A stretch of DNA of 64,000 bases from Desulfuromonadales bacterium (GTDB taxonomy: Bacteria > Desulfobacterota > Desulfuromonadia > Desulfuromonadales > JACZKF01). How positions within the stretch are numbered: the first letter of the stretch is position 1; each line of letters starts with the position of its first letter. The stretch lies in assembly GCA_029289095.1 (NCBI GenBank), contig JARFUG010000007.1, positions 9,297 to 73,296 on the forward strand, read 5' to 3'. Both the position numbers and the translations under genes were made by a program. The notes below the pieces were generated by a model. That model ran no database searches and had not been told where the DNA came from. It saw only the letters and a program-made list of their open reading frames with translations. Positions 1 through 9,969 of the stretch are shown one piece after another.

Positions 1-1250
1 TGCGGCGCTGCCGTGGAGACATCGACTTCGCTCCCGACGAGGCGAGCCTCGATTCGTCGCTCGCGCAGTGCAACGATGTGCGCCTGCTGGTCGACGCCCT
101 CTTCGGCACCGGCCTCTCCAGCGCCATTCGAGGACATCACGCGAGGGCTGTCGACTGGATCAACACCAGAGGACGTCCGGTGACGGCCGTCGACATTCCT
201 TCGGGGGTCGACGCCACGAGCGGCCGCATTCTCGGGCGCGCCGTCCGGGCGGATCTGACCGTCACCTTCGGTGCAGCCAAGGTCGGGATGGCGGTCCACC
301 CCGGCGCCGGGCATGTCGGAGAACTGTCTGTTCTCGATATCGGACTCCCACCCTTTCTCGAAGAAGACTGCGACGCCCTTCTGGTCGAGGCGTCCGACGC
401 CGCGCCTCTTCTGCCCCCGCGTCCCGTTACGGGTCACAAGGGGACTTTCGGTCACCTCCTCGTCGTCGCCGGCTCCACCGGCAAGGCGGGGGCCGCATCC
501 ATGACGGCCGAAGGGGCTCTTCGCATCGGCGCCGGACTGGTGACGCTCGCCTGTCCGGAAGGAGTTCATCCGATCGTTGCAGGGAAACCGGTCGAGGCGA
601 TGACCCACCCGCTGGTCGGCGACGACTTTCTGGCCCCCTCTTGCCTGGATGAGCTTCGATCCCTGTGCCGCGGCAAAGATGCCCTGGCTCTCGGACCCGG
701 CATGGGGCAGGCGCCGCAGACCTTCGCGCTGATCAGAGATCTCGTTCGAAGCACATCGCTGCCGATGGTTCTCGATGCCGACGCTCTCAACGCCATCGCC
801 GAGGATCCGCAAGTCCTCACCGAACGGGAAGGAAAAAGGGCTGTGCTTACCCCCCACCCCGGAGAGATGGCTCGTCTGGTCGGGGGGACTGTGGCGGAGA
901 TCGAGGAGGATCGCATCGGCGCCGCCCGTTCATTCGCCGGGCTGCACGGCGTCGTTCTGGTGCTCAAGGGGGCGCGTACGGTGATCGCCTTTCCGGATGG
1001 CCGCATCCGGATCAACGGCAGCGGCAATCCGGGACTTGCCAGCGGCGGCATGGGCGATGTTCTCACGGGAATCATCGGCGGGCTGCTGGCGCAAGGATTA
1101 TCGGCCGAGGACGCTTCGGTCCTCGGCGTCTACCTGCACGGCTTTGCCGCAGATCGGCTTAGCCTCTCATTCGGTTCCGCCGGCATGCTCGCCACCGATC
1201 TTCTCCGCGAAATCCCCGCGGCTCGAAGGGCGCTACTGGAAATTCAATAG
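1..1250 (+). CDS. nnr: Bifunctional NAD(P)H-hydrate repair enzyme (YjeF-type epimerase/dehydratase); 5' end lies outside the window
   Basis: The frame is open from the window edge to the stop at 1250. The YjeF-N part contains LVDALFGTGL. It is followed by a carbohydrate-kinase-like dehydratase domain (GHKGTFGHLLVVAGS ... GNPGLASGGMGDVLTG). Confidence 0.85.
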   Translation, partial: RRCRGDIDFAPDEASLDSSLAQCNDVRLLVDALFGTGLSSAIRGHHARAVDWINTRGRPVTAVDIPSGVDATSGRILGRAVRADLTVTFGAAKVGMAVHPGAGHVGELSVLDIGLPPFLEEDCDALLVEASDAAPLLPPRPVTGHKGTFGHLLVVAGSTGKAGAASMTAEGALRIGAGLVTLACPEGVHPIVAGKPVEAMTHPLVGDDFLAPSCLDELRSLCRGKDALALGPGMGQAPQTFALIRDLVRSTSLPMVLDADALNAIAEDPQVLTEREGKRAVLTPHPGEMARLVGGTVAEIEEDRIGAARSFAGLHGVVLVLKGARTVIAFPDGRIRINGSGNPGLASGGMGDVLTGIIGGLLAQGLSAEDASVLGVYLHGFAADRLSLSFGSAGMLATDLLREIPAARRALLEIQ

Positions 1251-1288
1251 AGGACACCTCCTCTGAGGGGGGCTGAAAGGACTGCGAT

Positions 1289-1738
1289 ATGCTCACTGCA
1301 AAAGACATCATGTCCGTCAAGGTGCACACCGTCACGGCTGAGACGAGCGTCGAGGAACTCGCCCGGCTCTTTGCCGAGACGGGTGTCAACGCCATGCCGG
1401 TGATCGACGCTGATAGGCGTCTGAAAGGGATCGTCACCCAGACCGATCTCGTCGAACAGGACCGCCCCCTGCACATCCCCAAAGTGGTGTCGATCTTCGA
1501 CTGGGTCATCTATCTGGAGAGCGAAAAGAACTTCCGTGAAGAGCTCGAGCGGATTTCGGCGCGCAAGGTTGGAGAGATCTATCACCGCGACGTCGTCACC
1601 TGCCGCCCCGACACGCCGGTCCCCGATATCGCCGATCTGATGGTCAAGCACAAGGCGCATCTTGTTCCGGTGGTGGAGAACGGCAAGGTCGTCGGTGTCG
1701 TCGCCCGTCTCGATATCATCCGTTCCATGGGGCGCTGA
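1289..1738 (+). CDS. CBS-domain pair protein
   Basis: 149-aa ORF with two CBS-like repeats (DIMSVKVHTV...VNAMPVID and HLVPVVENGKVVGVVARLDI). It has no other domain. Confidence 0.75.
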   Translation: MLTAKDIMSVKVHTVTAETSVEELARLFAETGVNAMPVIDADRRLKGIVTQTDLVEQDRPLHIPKVVSIFDWVIYLESEKNFREELERISARKVGEIYHRDVVTCRPDTPVPDIADLMVKHKAHLVPVVENGKVVGVVARLDIIRSMGR

Positions 1739-1740
1739 GC

Positions 1741-2229
1741 TTGGAGCAATTCGAAACCGTCACCACCTCTGCCGAACAGACCCGAAAGCTCGGGCGCCTT
1801 CTCGGAGAACTCCTCGCCCCGCCGGCCCTCCTTTTTCTCACCGGCGATCTTGGGGCGGGAAAGACGTGCTTCGTGCAGGGACTCGCCAGAGGGCTTCAGG
1901 TCCCAGAAGATGAACCGGTGACAAGCCCCACCTTCACCCTCATGAACCAGTATCGCGGACGGGCTCCCCTGTATCATTTCGATCTCTATCGCCTCGGCGG
2001 GCTCGACGATCTGCTAGACTTGGGTTTTGAAGAATATCTGTACGGGGATGGCGTGACGGTGGTCGAATGGGCCGAGCGAGCCACAGGGCTTGAAGACGAT
2101 GCTCTGTGTCTGCATTTCTCGCAGATCGACGATGCGAGCCGCCGCGTCAGCTTTCGCTGCCGGGACGGGCTCTGCGGGAGCCTTTTGTCGCAATTGGCCG
2201 ATCAGTGGCGTGAAAGGGGGCTGGAATGA
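1741..2229 (+). CDS. tsaE: tRNA threonylcarbamoyladenosine (t6A) biosynthesis ATPase TsaE
   Basis: P-loop GDLGAGKT, plus SPTFTL and YHFDLYRL motifs typical of YjeE/TsaE. TTG start. The stop overlaps the lpd start (ATGA). Confidence 0.85.
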   Translation: MEQFETVTTSAEQTRKLGRLLGELLAPPALLFLTGDLGAGKTCFVQGLARGLQVPEDEPVTSPTFTLMNQYRGRAPLYHFDLYRLGGLDDLLDLGFEEYLYGDGVTVVEWAERATGLEDDALCLHFSQIDDASRRVSFRCRDGLCGSLLSQLADQWRERGLE

Positions 2230-3635
2230 AGGAGTTCGATCTTGCAGTTCTGGGAGGAGGGCCGGGGGGATATGTGGCGGCAATCCGGGCGGCGCAGCAG
2301 GGCGCCTGCGTCTGCCTCGTCGAACGGGAGCAGGTCGGAGGGACATGTCTGAACCGTGGGTGCATTCCGACCAAGGCGCTCTACAGCACCGCCCTGATGC
2401 TGCAGCGGATCCGGGGCGCGGAAGCGCACGGGATCGGAGTCGAATCGCTGAAGTTCGATTACGGCAGGGCAGCCGGGCGCAAGGATGAGGTCGTCGCAAA
2501 GCTGGTCGGCGGGGTCGAGCAACTCCTCAAGGGGAACGGCGTCGAGGTCTTCCGGGGCGAGGCGTCTCTGGAGGGGCCGGGGCGGGTGCGAATCCGTCGA
2601 AAGGACGTCACCGGACACATCCGGGCGAAGAAAATTATTATCGCCACCGGATCGGTTTCGGCGCGCCCGAAAGCCCTGCAGATTGATGGGAAAAATGTTT
2701 TGACCAGTCGTGAAATTCTTGCTATTAAAGAGCTTCCCGCATCTTTGCTGGTCGTTGGCGGCGGTTATATCGGCTGCGAATTCGCCAGCATTTTTTCTGC
2801 CTTCGGCGCCCGAGTGACGGTGGTGGAGCAGCTCCCCTCGCTCCTTGCGAACACTGATCGGCAGGCTGTGCGCGAGGTGGAAAAGGCCCTCAAGGAACAG
2901 GGCGTTGCCGTGCACACGGGAACCTCCGTCGAGGAGATCCGCATCGGCGACGGCGAAGTGACGACGCACCTCTCCACAGGAGAGGACGTGAGGAGCGAGA
3001 AGGTTCTCGTCTCCGTCGGGCGCCTCCCCAACTCGGCCGGATTCGGCTTCGAGGAGAACGGCATCCGCCTCGATGAAAAGGGCGCCGTCCAGGTTGATGA
3101 GGGGATGCGCACCTCGGTGGAAGGGGTCTACGCCATCGGGGACGTGACCAATATCATTCAGTTGGCCCATGTGGCGACCTACCAGGCGGAAATTGCGGTC
3201 GCCAACGCGCTTGGTGGAGACGCCACAGCCGACTACCGGGTCGTCCCCGCGACCATATTCACCCTCCCTGAAATCGGTCAGGTCGGTCTCAGCGAAGAGG
3301 AGTGCAAGAAAAAGGGGATCGCCGTCGACGTGGGACGCTTCGCCTATCAGGCCTCCAGCAAAGCGCTGTGCGACGGCGAAACGCGCGGGATGGTGAAGAT
3401 CCTTGCAGAGAAGGATAAGGGACGCATCGTCGGGGCGACCGTCGTCGGAGAGGAGGCATCCTCGCTGGTGGCGGAAGTCGCCGTGGCCATGCAGCGCGGC
3501 ATGAGCGCCGGGGAGCTCGCCCATGTCATCCATTCCCACCCGACTCTTCCCGAGATGATCAAGGAGGCCGCCGAAGACGTCGAAGGGCTGGCGGTTCACA
3601 AGGTCGGCCGCCGCTCTCGGGATAAGGCACGTTGA
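2226..3635 (+). CDS. lpdA: Dihydrolipoyl dehydrogenase (E3)
   Basis: FAD motif GGGPGGY, redox-active disulfide CLNRGCIPTK, NAD motif GGGYIGCE, and C-terminal HSHPTLPE dimer-interface motif. Confidence 0.93.
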   Translation: MKEFDLAVLGGGPGGYVAAIRAAQQGACVCLVEREQVGGTCLNRGCIPTKALYSTALMLQRIRGAEAHGIGVESLKFDYGRAAGRKDEVVAKLVGGVEQLLKGNGVEVFRGEASLEGPGRVRIRRKDVTGHIRAKKIIIATGSVSARPKALQIDGKNVLTSREILAIKELPASLLVVGGGYIGCEFASIFSAFGARVTVVEQLPSLLANTDRQAVREVEKALKEQGVAVHTGTSVEEIRIGDGEVTTHLSTGEDVRSEKVLVSVGRLPNSAGFGFEENGIRLDEKGAVQVDEGMRTSVEGVYAIGDVTNIIQLAHVATYQAEIAVANALGGDATADYRVVPATIFTLPEIGQVGLSEEECKKKGIAVDVGRFAYQASSKALCDGETRGMVKILAEKDKGRIVGATVVGEEASSLVAEVAVAMQRGMSAGELAHVIHSHPTLPEMIKEAAEDVEGLAVHKVGRRSRDKAR

Positions 3636-3698
3636 ACGTACGTCGAACGAAATCGCGACCCTTCCGGCCGCTTTTCCATTAAAGGAGGAATGAGCACC

Positions 3699-4931
3699 AT
3701 GGCCCTGGTTGTGCAGAAATACGGTGGAACCTCCATGGGGTCCATCGAACGGATCCGAAATGTTGCCCGTCGTGTGGCCAAGACCTACGACGACGGCAAC
3801 GATCTGGTGGTGATCGTTTCGGCGATGGCCGGCGAGACCAACAAGCTGGTGGCGCTCGCCAACGAGATGTGCGAATTCCCCAGCGACAGGGAGTACGACG
3901 TGATGGTCGCCACGGGCGAGCAGGTTTCGATGTCCCTGCTGGCCATGGCCCTGATCTCCATGGGGTACAAGGCCAAGAGCTACTGCGGCTTCCAGGTCCC
4001 GATCATTACCGACAGCTCCTTCTCCAAGTCGCGCATCGAAGAGATCAGCGACGCGAAGATCCGCGAGGATCTCAAGAACGGCACCATCATCATCGTCGCC
4101 GGTTTCCAGGGGATCGACCGGGAAGGAAACATCACGACGCTGGGACGCGGCGGCTCCGACACCTCGGCCGTGGCGGTGGCGGCGGCGCTCAAGGCCGACG
4201 TCTGCGAGATCTACACCGATGTCGACGGCGTCTACACCACCGATCCTCGCATCGTTCCCGAGGCGACCAAGCTGGAGAAGATCTCCTACGACGAAATGCT
4301 GGAGATGGCCTCGCTCGGCTCGAAGGTGCTGCAGATACGTTCTGTCGAATTCGCCAAGAAATACGGCGTGGTGGTCCACGTCCGTTCGAGTTTCAACGAC
4401 AATCCCGGTACGCTGGTGATGAAGGAGGATGCCGATATGGAAACCGTTCTGGTTTCGGGAATCAGCTACAACAAAGACGAGGCGAAAATTTCCGTATTCC
4501 GCGTTCCCGACAAGCCGGGGATCGCCGCTCTGCTCTTCTCACCCCTGTCCCACGCCAACATCACGGTGGACATGATCATTCAGAACGTCTCCCACGAGGG
4601 GTACACCGACATGACCTTCACGGTCCCGCGGACCGATCTCAAGAAGGCTCTGAAAATCGTCGAGGAGACGGCCAGGGAGATCGGCGCCAGCGGCGTCGTC
4701 AGCGATGCGAACATCGCCAAGGTCTCCATCATCGGCGTCGGCATGCGCTCCCATTCCGGCGTTGCGAGCAAGATGTTCCAGGTCCTCTCCCAGGAGGGGA
4801 TCAACATTCAGATGATCTCCACCAGCGAAATCAAGATCTCCTGCATCGTCGACGCCAAATACACCGAACTCGCGGTTCGCGTGCTCCACGAAGCCTTCGG
4901 TCTCTCCTCCAGTGACGTTGCGGTTGAATAG
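3699..4931 (+). CDS. lysC: Aspartate kinase (monofunctional, two ACT domains)
   Basis: N-terminus [12 protein letters not shown], an amino-acid kinase fold, and a C-terminal ACT pair. SD AAAGGAGGA lies at 3681-3689. ATG 3699 is preferred over ATG 3690, which sits too close to the SD. Confidence 0.92.
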   Translation: MALVVQKYGGTSMGSIERIRNVARRVAKTYDDGNDLVVIVSAMAGETNKLVALANEMCEFPSDREYDVMVATGEQVSMSLLAMALISMGYKAKSYCGFQVPIITDSSFSKSRIEEISDAKIREDLKNGTIIIVAGFQGIDREGNITTLGRGGSDTSAVAVAAALKADVCEIYTDVDGVYTTDPRIVPEATKLEKISYDEMLEMASLGSKVLQIRSVEFAKKYGVVVHVRSSFNDNPGTLVMKEDADMETVLVSGISYNKDEAKISVFRVPDKPGIAALLFSPLSHANITVDMIIQNVSHEGYTDMTFTVPRTDLKKALKIVEETAREIGASGVVSDANIAKVSIIGVGMRSHSGVASKMFQVLSQEGINIQMISTSEIKISCIVDAKYTELAVRVLHEAFGLSSSDVAVE

Positions 4932-4973
4932 TACCGTTCAGGAGCCGTCGGTATATTGAAAAAGGCTTTCCAG

Positions 4974-5007
4974 GCAGACGGGTGAGGAGCGATTCTCACC
5001 CGTCTGC
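4974..5007 (+). terminator. Stem-loop after lysC (13-bp perfect stem, no clear U-tract)
   Basis: GCAGACGGGTGAG-gagcgatt-CTCACCCGTCTGC, read directly from the sequence. It may be a terminator or an attenuator ahead of cimA. Confidence 0.4.
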
Positions 5008-5064
5008 GCATTCAAGGTGCGCGGTCGTCCCGGATGTCTGCGCTCTTATAAGGAAGGAATCACC

Positions 5065-6624
5065 GTGATCAAGCTCTACGATACGACACTTCGGGACGGA
5101 ACCCAGGCCGAGGACGTCTCCTTTCTCGTCGCCGACAAGATCCGCATCGCTCAACTCCTTGACGAACTCGGCATCCACTACATCGAAGGAGGATGGCCCG
5201 GGAGCAACCCGAAGGATATCGCCTTTTTCCAGGACATCAAAAAGGTGCGCCTCAGTCAGGCGAAGATCGCCGCCTTCGGCTCCACCCGGCGAGCGAAAAC
5301 CACGCCGGAAAAAGACAACAACATCTGCACCCTGGTGGAAGCCGAACCCGACGTCGTCACCATCTTCGGCAAGACGTGGGACTTCCACGTGCATGAGGCT
5401 CTGCGCATCAGCCTCGAGGAGAACCTGGAGTTGATCCACGATTCGCTGGCCTACCTAAAAAAGATGGTCCCCGAGGTCGTCTATGATGCGGAACATTTTT
5501 TCGACGGCTACAAGGCCAACCCCGAATATGCTCTGAAGACGCTGCAGGCGGCCGAGCAGGCAGGGGCGGATTGTATCGTTCTGTGCGACACCAACGGAGG
5601 AACGCTGCCGCAGGAAATTCCCGCGATTCTCGCCGCGGTCCGCCAGAGAGTCTCCGCTCCCCTTGGAATCCATACACACAACGACAGCGAGTGTGCCGTC
5701 GCCAACTCCCTGGTGGCGGTTGACCACGGGATCGTTCACGTTCAGGGGACGATCAACGGCTTTGGCGAGCGCTGCGGAAACGCCAATCTCTGCTCGATCA
5801 TTCCGGCTTTGAAACTCAAGATGGGGCAGGAGTGCATCTCCGATGAACAGCTCTCCCGTCTGCGCCAGATCTCGCGCACTATCTATGAGTTGGCCAATCT
5901 CGTCCCCAACAAGCACCAGGCCTATGTCGGCAATTCAGCCTTCGCCCACAAGGGAGGGGTCCACGTCTCGGCCATCCAGCGCCATGCCGAGACCTACGAA
6001 CACATCCGCCCTGAACGGGTGGGCAACGTCACCCGCGTCCTCGTTTCCGACCTCTCCGGACGCTCCAACATCCTCGCCAAGGCCGAGCAGTTCAATATCA
6101 ATCTCGACAGCAAGGACCCCGTGACGATGGAAATCCTTGAAAATCTCAAGGACATGGAGAACAAGGGATACCAATTCGAGGGCGCCGAGGCCTCGTTCGA
6201 GCTTCTCATGCGCCGTGCTCTCGGAACGCTCGAGAACCATTTTTCGGTCATCGGTTTCCGGGTGATCGACACCAAGCGGAATGAGGACGAAAAGCCCCTC
6301 TCCGAAGCGACGGTCCAGGTCAAGGTCGGGGGCCACATCGAGCACACGGCCGCCGAAGGGAACGGACCCGTCAACGCTCTCGATCACGCCCTGCGCAAAG
6401 CGCTGGAGAGTTTCTATCCCAAGTTGCGCGAAGTGCGGTTGCTTGACTACAAGGTTCGGGTCCTTCCTGCCGGCAAGGGGACCGCCTCGGTGACGCGGGT
6501 CCTCATCGAGTCCGGGGACAAGGAATCGCGCTGGGGGACGGTCGGGGTCTCCGACAACATCATCGATGCTTCCTACCACGCCCTCGTCGATGCCCTGCTC
6601 TACAAGCTGGTCAAGGATCAGTGA
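5065..6624 (+). CDS. cimA: (R)-citramalate synthase (LeuA/CimA family, long form)
   Basis: [11 protein letters not shown] and HTHND motifs of the HMGL-like fold, with a LeuA-dimer-type C-terminal regulatory domain. It closely resembles the Geobacter-type CimA and lies next to lysC. GTG 5065 follows SD AGGAAGGA. Confidence 0.82.
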   Translation: MIKLYDTTLRDGTQAEDVSFLVADKIRIAQLLDELGIHYIEGGWPGSNPKDIAFFQDIKKVRLSQAKIAAFGSTRRAKTTPEKDNNICTLVEAEPDVVTIFGKTWDFHVHEALRISLEENLELIHDSLAYLKKMVPEVVYDAEHFFDGYKANPEYALKTLQAAEQAGADCIVLCDTNGGTLPQEIPAILAAVRQRVSAPLGIHTHNDSECAVANSLVAVDHGIVHVQGTINGFGERCGNANLCSIIPALKLKMGQECISDEQLSRLRQISRTIYELANLVPNKHQAYVGNSAFAHKGGVHVSAIQRHAETYEHIRPERVGNVTRVLVSDLSGRSNILAKAEQFNINLDSKDPVTMEILENLKDMENKGYQFEGAEASFELLMRRALGTLENHFSVIGFRVIDTKRNEDEKPLSEATVQVKVGGHIEHTAAEGNGPVNALDHALRKALESFYPKLREVRLLDYKVRVLPAGKGTASVTRVLIESGDKESRWGTVGVSDNIIDASYHALVDALLYKLVKDQ

Positions 6625-7175
6625 AAGGCTTCGGCGGCATCACCCTGCTGATGCTCCTTCTGCTCGTCCTGCTTTCCTATCGAAGCCGGGATGCCCTGTC
6701 GACGGGGCCCCCGGCTTTTCTTCCGGAAAAGCCATCGGGAATATACCTTTACCTCGGCCAAGGGTTTCCTGCTCCCGGCGTCCATCAATTTTCTGACGGA
6801 GTGACCCTGGGAGGCGTCATGGAATTGACGTTGCCTGGGGCAGGGGGAGAGATTTGCCAGGAAAATGCTCCAGAATTGCCCCTGCTCTCTGGAGAGCTTC
6901 TTGAGTATAACGCTAAGGAGGCGAATTTCGGTTGTTTTCGCAAGCGCTGGATGCGGGCGGGGATGCGAATCGCCCTGGGGATTCCTCTTCACCCCGACCA
7001 GATGGACCTTGAGGACTGGGAGATCCTACCGGGAATCGGGCCTCGTCTTGCCGAAAGAATCGAAATGGACCGTCAAATTAATGGCGATTTTCGGAGTTAC
7101 GCGGCCCTCGAAAGGGTGCGGGGGATCGGTCCGCAGAGAATCCGTCAATGGGAGGAATTTTTTCTGATGGAATAA
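6621..7175 (+). CDS. comEA: ComEA-family helix-hairpin-helix DNA-binding protein (membrane anchored)
   Basis: N-terminal hydrophobic anchor ([12 protein letters not shown]) and C-terminal tandem HhH motifs ([12 protein letters not shown] ... VRGIGPQRI). The GTG start overlaps the cimA stop. Confidence 0.75.
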   Translation: MKGFGGITLLMLLLLVLLSYRSRDALSTGPPAFLPEKPSGIYLYLGQGFPAPGVHQFSDGVTLGGVMELTLPGAGGEICQENAPELPLLSGELLEYNAKEANFGCFRKRWMRAGMRIALGIPLHPDQMDLEDWEILPGIGPRLAERIEMDRQINGDFRSYAALERVRGIGPQRIRQWEEFFLME

Positions 7176-7343
7176 GTCGCCGATATACAAAGTGATTCCT
7201 TTCAGGGTTGCATTAATCCGGCTGGCGCTCTTCTGCCTTAAGCGAAACTGGCACGTCTGATGTAATAGGTTTAGGTACAGTCAGACGCGAAGATAAAACG
7301 CCGAACATAAACGCCAACCATACAGATCTGAAGGGAGTTGCAC

Positions 7344-7499
7344 ATGAAATGTCCCAAATGCAAAGGCAGAATGTATGCTGAGAAATTCTATGATTTCGTT
7401 CGCGCCTTTGATGCTTGGAAATGCTGCTCTTGCGGTGAGGTCATCGATCCCACCATTCTGGCCAACAGGGCACGGAACCAGAATCTCCACCTCGGATGA
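7344..7499 (+). CDS. Small zinc-ribbon protein (51 aa); below the 60-aa cutoff of the ORF track
   Basis: The ATG is preceded by AAGGGAG (7331-7337). Translation: MKCPKCKGRMYAEKFYDFVRAFDAWKCCSCGEVIDPTILANRARNQNLHLG, with CxxC...CxxC. It is followed by a strong hairpin. Confidence 0.55.
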   Translation: MKCPKCKGRMYAEKFYDFVRAFDAWKCCSCGEVIDPTILANRARNQNLHLG

Positions 7500-7521
7500 T
7501 TCACTCAAATCAACGATTTCA

Positions 7522-7549
7522 GGGGCCGGGAGACACCTCTCCCGGCCCC
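7522..7549. terminator. Bidirectional stem-loop between the convergent zinc-ribbon ORF and the fadB-like gene
   Basis: GGGGCCGGGAGA-cacc-TCTCCCGGCCCC, a 12-bp perfect GC-rich stem. Confidence 0.6.
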
Positions 7550-7588
7550 TGTTGCGTGCGTCTGAAGATGACCGGCGATGCGCCGGAA

Positions 7589-9700
7589 TCAAGACCTGTC
7601 GGACGGGCGCTCATAAAAGCTTTCCCGTTGCGACAGATAGGGGCAGGGGGTGAATCGTTCCCGGGCGCCCCATGCCAGTTCAATGAGCTTTTCCCGGATT
7701 TCCCCAAGTCCCGTTCGGTCGGCCCATCGGCAGATCCCCCCTCGGAAAGGAGGGAACCCCGCCCCGAAGACCATCCCCGCATCGACATCCTCGGGTGCGG
7801 AGACGACACCTTCCTCAAGACATCTCCCCGCTTCGTTCACCATCAGATAAAGAAGCCGCTTTCGATCCCGGACGCCGGGGCGGCGAACGGAACTGGTGTG
7901 TATTTGCTCCTGCATCTGCGGATTTGGGCGGCTCCTCGAGCCTTTTTCGTACAGATAGAATCCGGCTCCGTCCTTCTTCCCTTTGATCCCGGCAAGGTTC
8001 GCCTTTTCGAGCAGGGTGCTGAGCGGCAGGTAAGAAAATGAGGCCCCAAGGGTAGCTGCCACCTCCACAGCGATGTCGATCCCCACTTCGTCGATGAGCC
8101 TGAAAGGACCCATGGGAAAACCGAACTCTTCCATCAGCCGGTCAAGAGCCTGCCAGTCGATTCCTTCTTCTACCAGGAGGGCGGCCTCGTTCAGATAGAC
8201 GCCGAGAAGGCGGTTCACCAGAAAGCCGGGGCTGTCTGCAACCAGGACGGGGATTTTGCCGAGCTTGAGGGCAAATGAAACGAGCGTCGCCACCGTGCGC
8301 TCAGACGTCTGGCCGGAGCGAACGATCTCCACAAGAGGCATGCGGTGAACAGGGTTGAAGAAGTGAAGACCTCCGATCATTTCCGGGCGCTCCGCCGCCT
8401 TTTGAAGTTCCGACAGGGACAGGGCCGAGGTGTTGGTGGCGAAGATGGCTCCCGGATACATGTGGGGTTCGGTTTCGCGCAGAACCGATTGTTTCACACC
8501 CATCCGTTCGGCGACGGCTTCGATCACCAGGTCCGCCTCCTCGAATCCCCACAGACGGGTGGTGCCGGTAATGAGCTCGAGTCTTCGTTCTTCGGCCTCA
8601 TCGAGTTTCTTGCTCCGGCCCTGCAGCAGTCGGCGCACCTGGGAGAGCGCCTGCTCGATCGCGCCCTGGTCGATATCCCGAAGGACGACGGGAATGCCTT
8701 TGGAGATCAGCAGGTGTGAAATCCCGGCGCCCATCACGCCGGCGCCGAGGACGGCAGCCCGTCGGACATCGATGCCCTTGGAAGCCAAAGAGGGATCTTT
8801 TTTGGGGCGCTGCGACAGGGAGAAGACGTGCACCAGGTTCTTGCAGACTCCCGAGGCGAGAAGGGGACCGATCTCCTGCGCCTCGAGTTCAAGGCCCTTT
8901 TCGATGGGAATGTCGATTCCTCTGCGGATGACCTCGAGTGCCTTGAGAGGAGCGGGGTAGTGTCCTTTGGTCTTTTTCAGCACTCCCGCCCTGGCCTGGC
9001 GGAAAAGAACCGAGCGCCCAACGGGATTTTTCTCCAAAACGAGACGTCTGACGATTTTCGCCCCAAAGACCCTGGGACGTTGTCGCGAAGCGGGGGAATC
9101 GGCGAGCTGCCGTGCCAGAGCCAGGGCGTCGGAGAGCAGGTCGGTGGAGGCAACCTCATCAACCAGTCCGATGCGCAGAGCCTCCGGTGCGCGGATGGTG
9201 CGGCCGCTCAGCACCATGTCGAGGGCGTTTTCAAGGCCGACCAGGCGGGGCAGGCGCTGTGTGCCCCCGAAGCCCGGAAAAATCCCGAGTTTGACTTCCG
9301 GAAGAGAGAAGTGCGCATCGACGGTGCACAGACGGGCGGTGCAGGAAAGAGCGAATTCGGTCCCCCCGCCGATGCAGTGCCCGTGAACGGCGGCCACGAC
9401 CGGGAAAGGCAAGCGGGACCACAGGTCGAGAATCCTCTGGCCTTCGCGCGCAAGTCTCGATCCGTGCTCAGGGGTTCTCACCCTGGCGATCGCATCGATG
9501 TCCGCCCCCGCAATGAAGCCGGCCGCCTTGGCGCTGAGCACTACGGCGCCTTTCACTCCCTTCTCAGACCCCAGTCGCAGAGCGCTCCGCTCCAGTGCGC
9601 GCAGAAAATCTTCTCTGAGAATGTTGACCTTTTCGTCAGGCAGATCGAGCGTGACCACGGCGATGTCGCCGTTCATCTTATACGAAACCATCGACTGCAT
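7589..9700 (-). CDS. Multifunctional fatty-acid oxidation protein (enoyl-CoA hydratase / 3-hydroxyacyl-CoA dehydrogenase, FadB/FadJ-like)
   Basis: 703 aa. It has an N-terminal crotonase fold (FIAGADI, GGGTEFAL), a central Rossmann motif AAVLGAGVMGAGI, and C-terminal 3HCDH domains. Confidence 0.88.
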   Translation of the reverse strand: MQSMVSYKMNGDIAVVTLDLPDEKVNILREDFLRALERSALRLGSEKGVKGAVVLSAKAAGFIAGADIDAIARVRTPEHGSRLAREGQRILDLWSRLPFPVVAAVHGHCIGGGTEFALSCTARLCTVDAHFSLPEVKLGIFPGFGGTQRLPRLVGLENALDMVLSGRTIRAPEALRIGLVDEVASTDLLSDALALARQLADSPASRQRPRVFGAKIVRRLVLEKNPVGRSVLFRQARAGVLKKTKGHYPAPLKALEVIRRGIDIPIEKGLELEAQEIGPLLASGVCKNLVHVFSLSQRPKKDPSLASKGIDVRRAAVLGAGVMGAGISHLLISKGIPVVLRDIDQGAIEQALSQVRRLLQGRSKKLDEAEERRLELITGTTRLWGFEEADLVIEAVAERMGVKQSVLRETEPHMYPGAIFATNTSALSLSELQKAAERPEMIGGLHFFNPVHRMPLVEIVRSGQTSERTVATLVSFALKLGKIPVLVADSPGFLVNRLLGVYLNEAALLVEEGIDWQALDRLMEEFGFPMGPFRLIDEVGIDIAVEVAATLGASFSYLPLSTLLEKANLAGIKGKKDGAGFYLYEKGSRSRPNPQMQEQIHTSSVRRPGVRDRKRLLYLMVNEAGRCLEEGVVSAPEDVDAGMVFGAGFPPFRGGICRWADRTGLGEIREKLIELAWGARERFTPCPYLSQRESFYERPSDRS

Positions 9701-9969
9701 TGGAGGCCCTTTCCTATCTATTTGTTAATATTAAGCATATCGGGGAATCATTCTCTGGCAAGCAGGGGCGTGCACACTTGCCATCCCAAAGTGAACTGGT
9801 ACCCTTTTTTTGTGTGATCGGCAGTTCCACCTCTTTTCACCCTACGATGGCCGGTCTGAAGGGGTGTGTTTCGGCGGCCTGGCTACCGCCCTTTGTTCCA
9901 TGTTTCCCGAAGCTGCCCATCTTCGCAAACATCGCCAGACAGCGGAACTTTATCGAGAGATCGGAGAAG

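Noticed and set aside
3636-3698. A lysine riboswitch (L-box) upstream of lysC
   Set aside because: Only about 60 nt separate lpd from lysC. That is far too short for the roughly 180-nt L-box, and no conserved L-box helices are visible.
2202-4379. 725-aa ORF on the minus strand, antisense to lpd and lysC
   Set aside because: It is a shadow ORF in GC-rich DNA. Its translation is low-complexity (rich in R, G, D, H and L) with no recognisable motif. It fully overlaps two genes whose motifs are unambiguous.
5034-5051. Five-codon mini-ORF (MSALL-stop) overlapping the cimA ribosome-binding site, considered as a possible Leu/Ile attenuation leader peptide
   Set aside because: It is too short and has only two Leu codons. 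It has no SD of its own and no alternative terminator/antiterminator pairing that I could find. It is indistinguishable from chance.
7249-7264. TGGCACGTCTGATGTA as a sigma-54 promoter for the zinc-ribbon ORF
   Set aside because: The -24 element is perfect, but the position 10 nt downstream of GG reads GT rather than the near-invariant GC, and there is no TTGC box. I judged it too weak to call.
9700-9969. 90-codon N-terminal extension of the E1alpha ORF given by the ORF track
   Set aside because: The extension has no similarity to E1alpha N-termini and overlaps the divergent promoter region. The conserved protein begins at MMKSKTERSLLEP, which has an upstream purine-rich SD.
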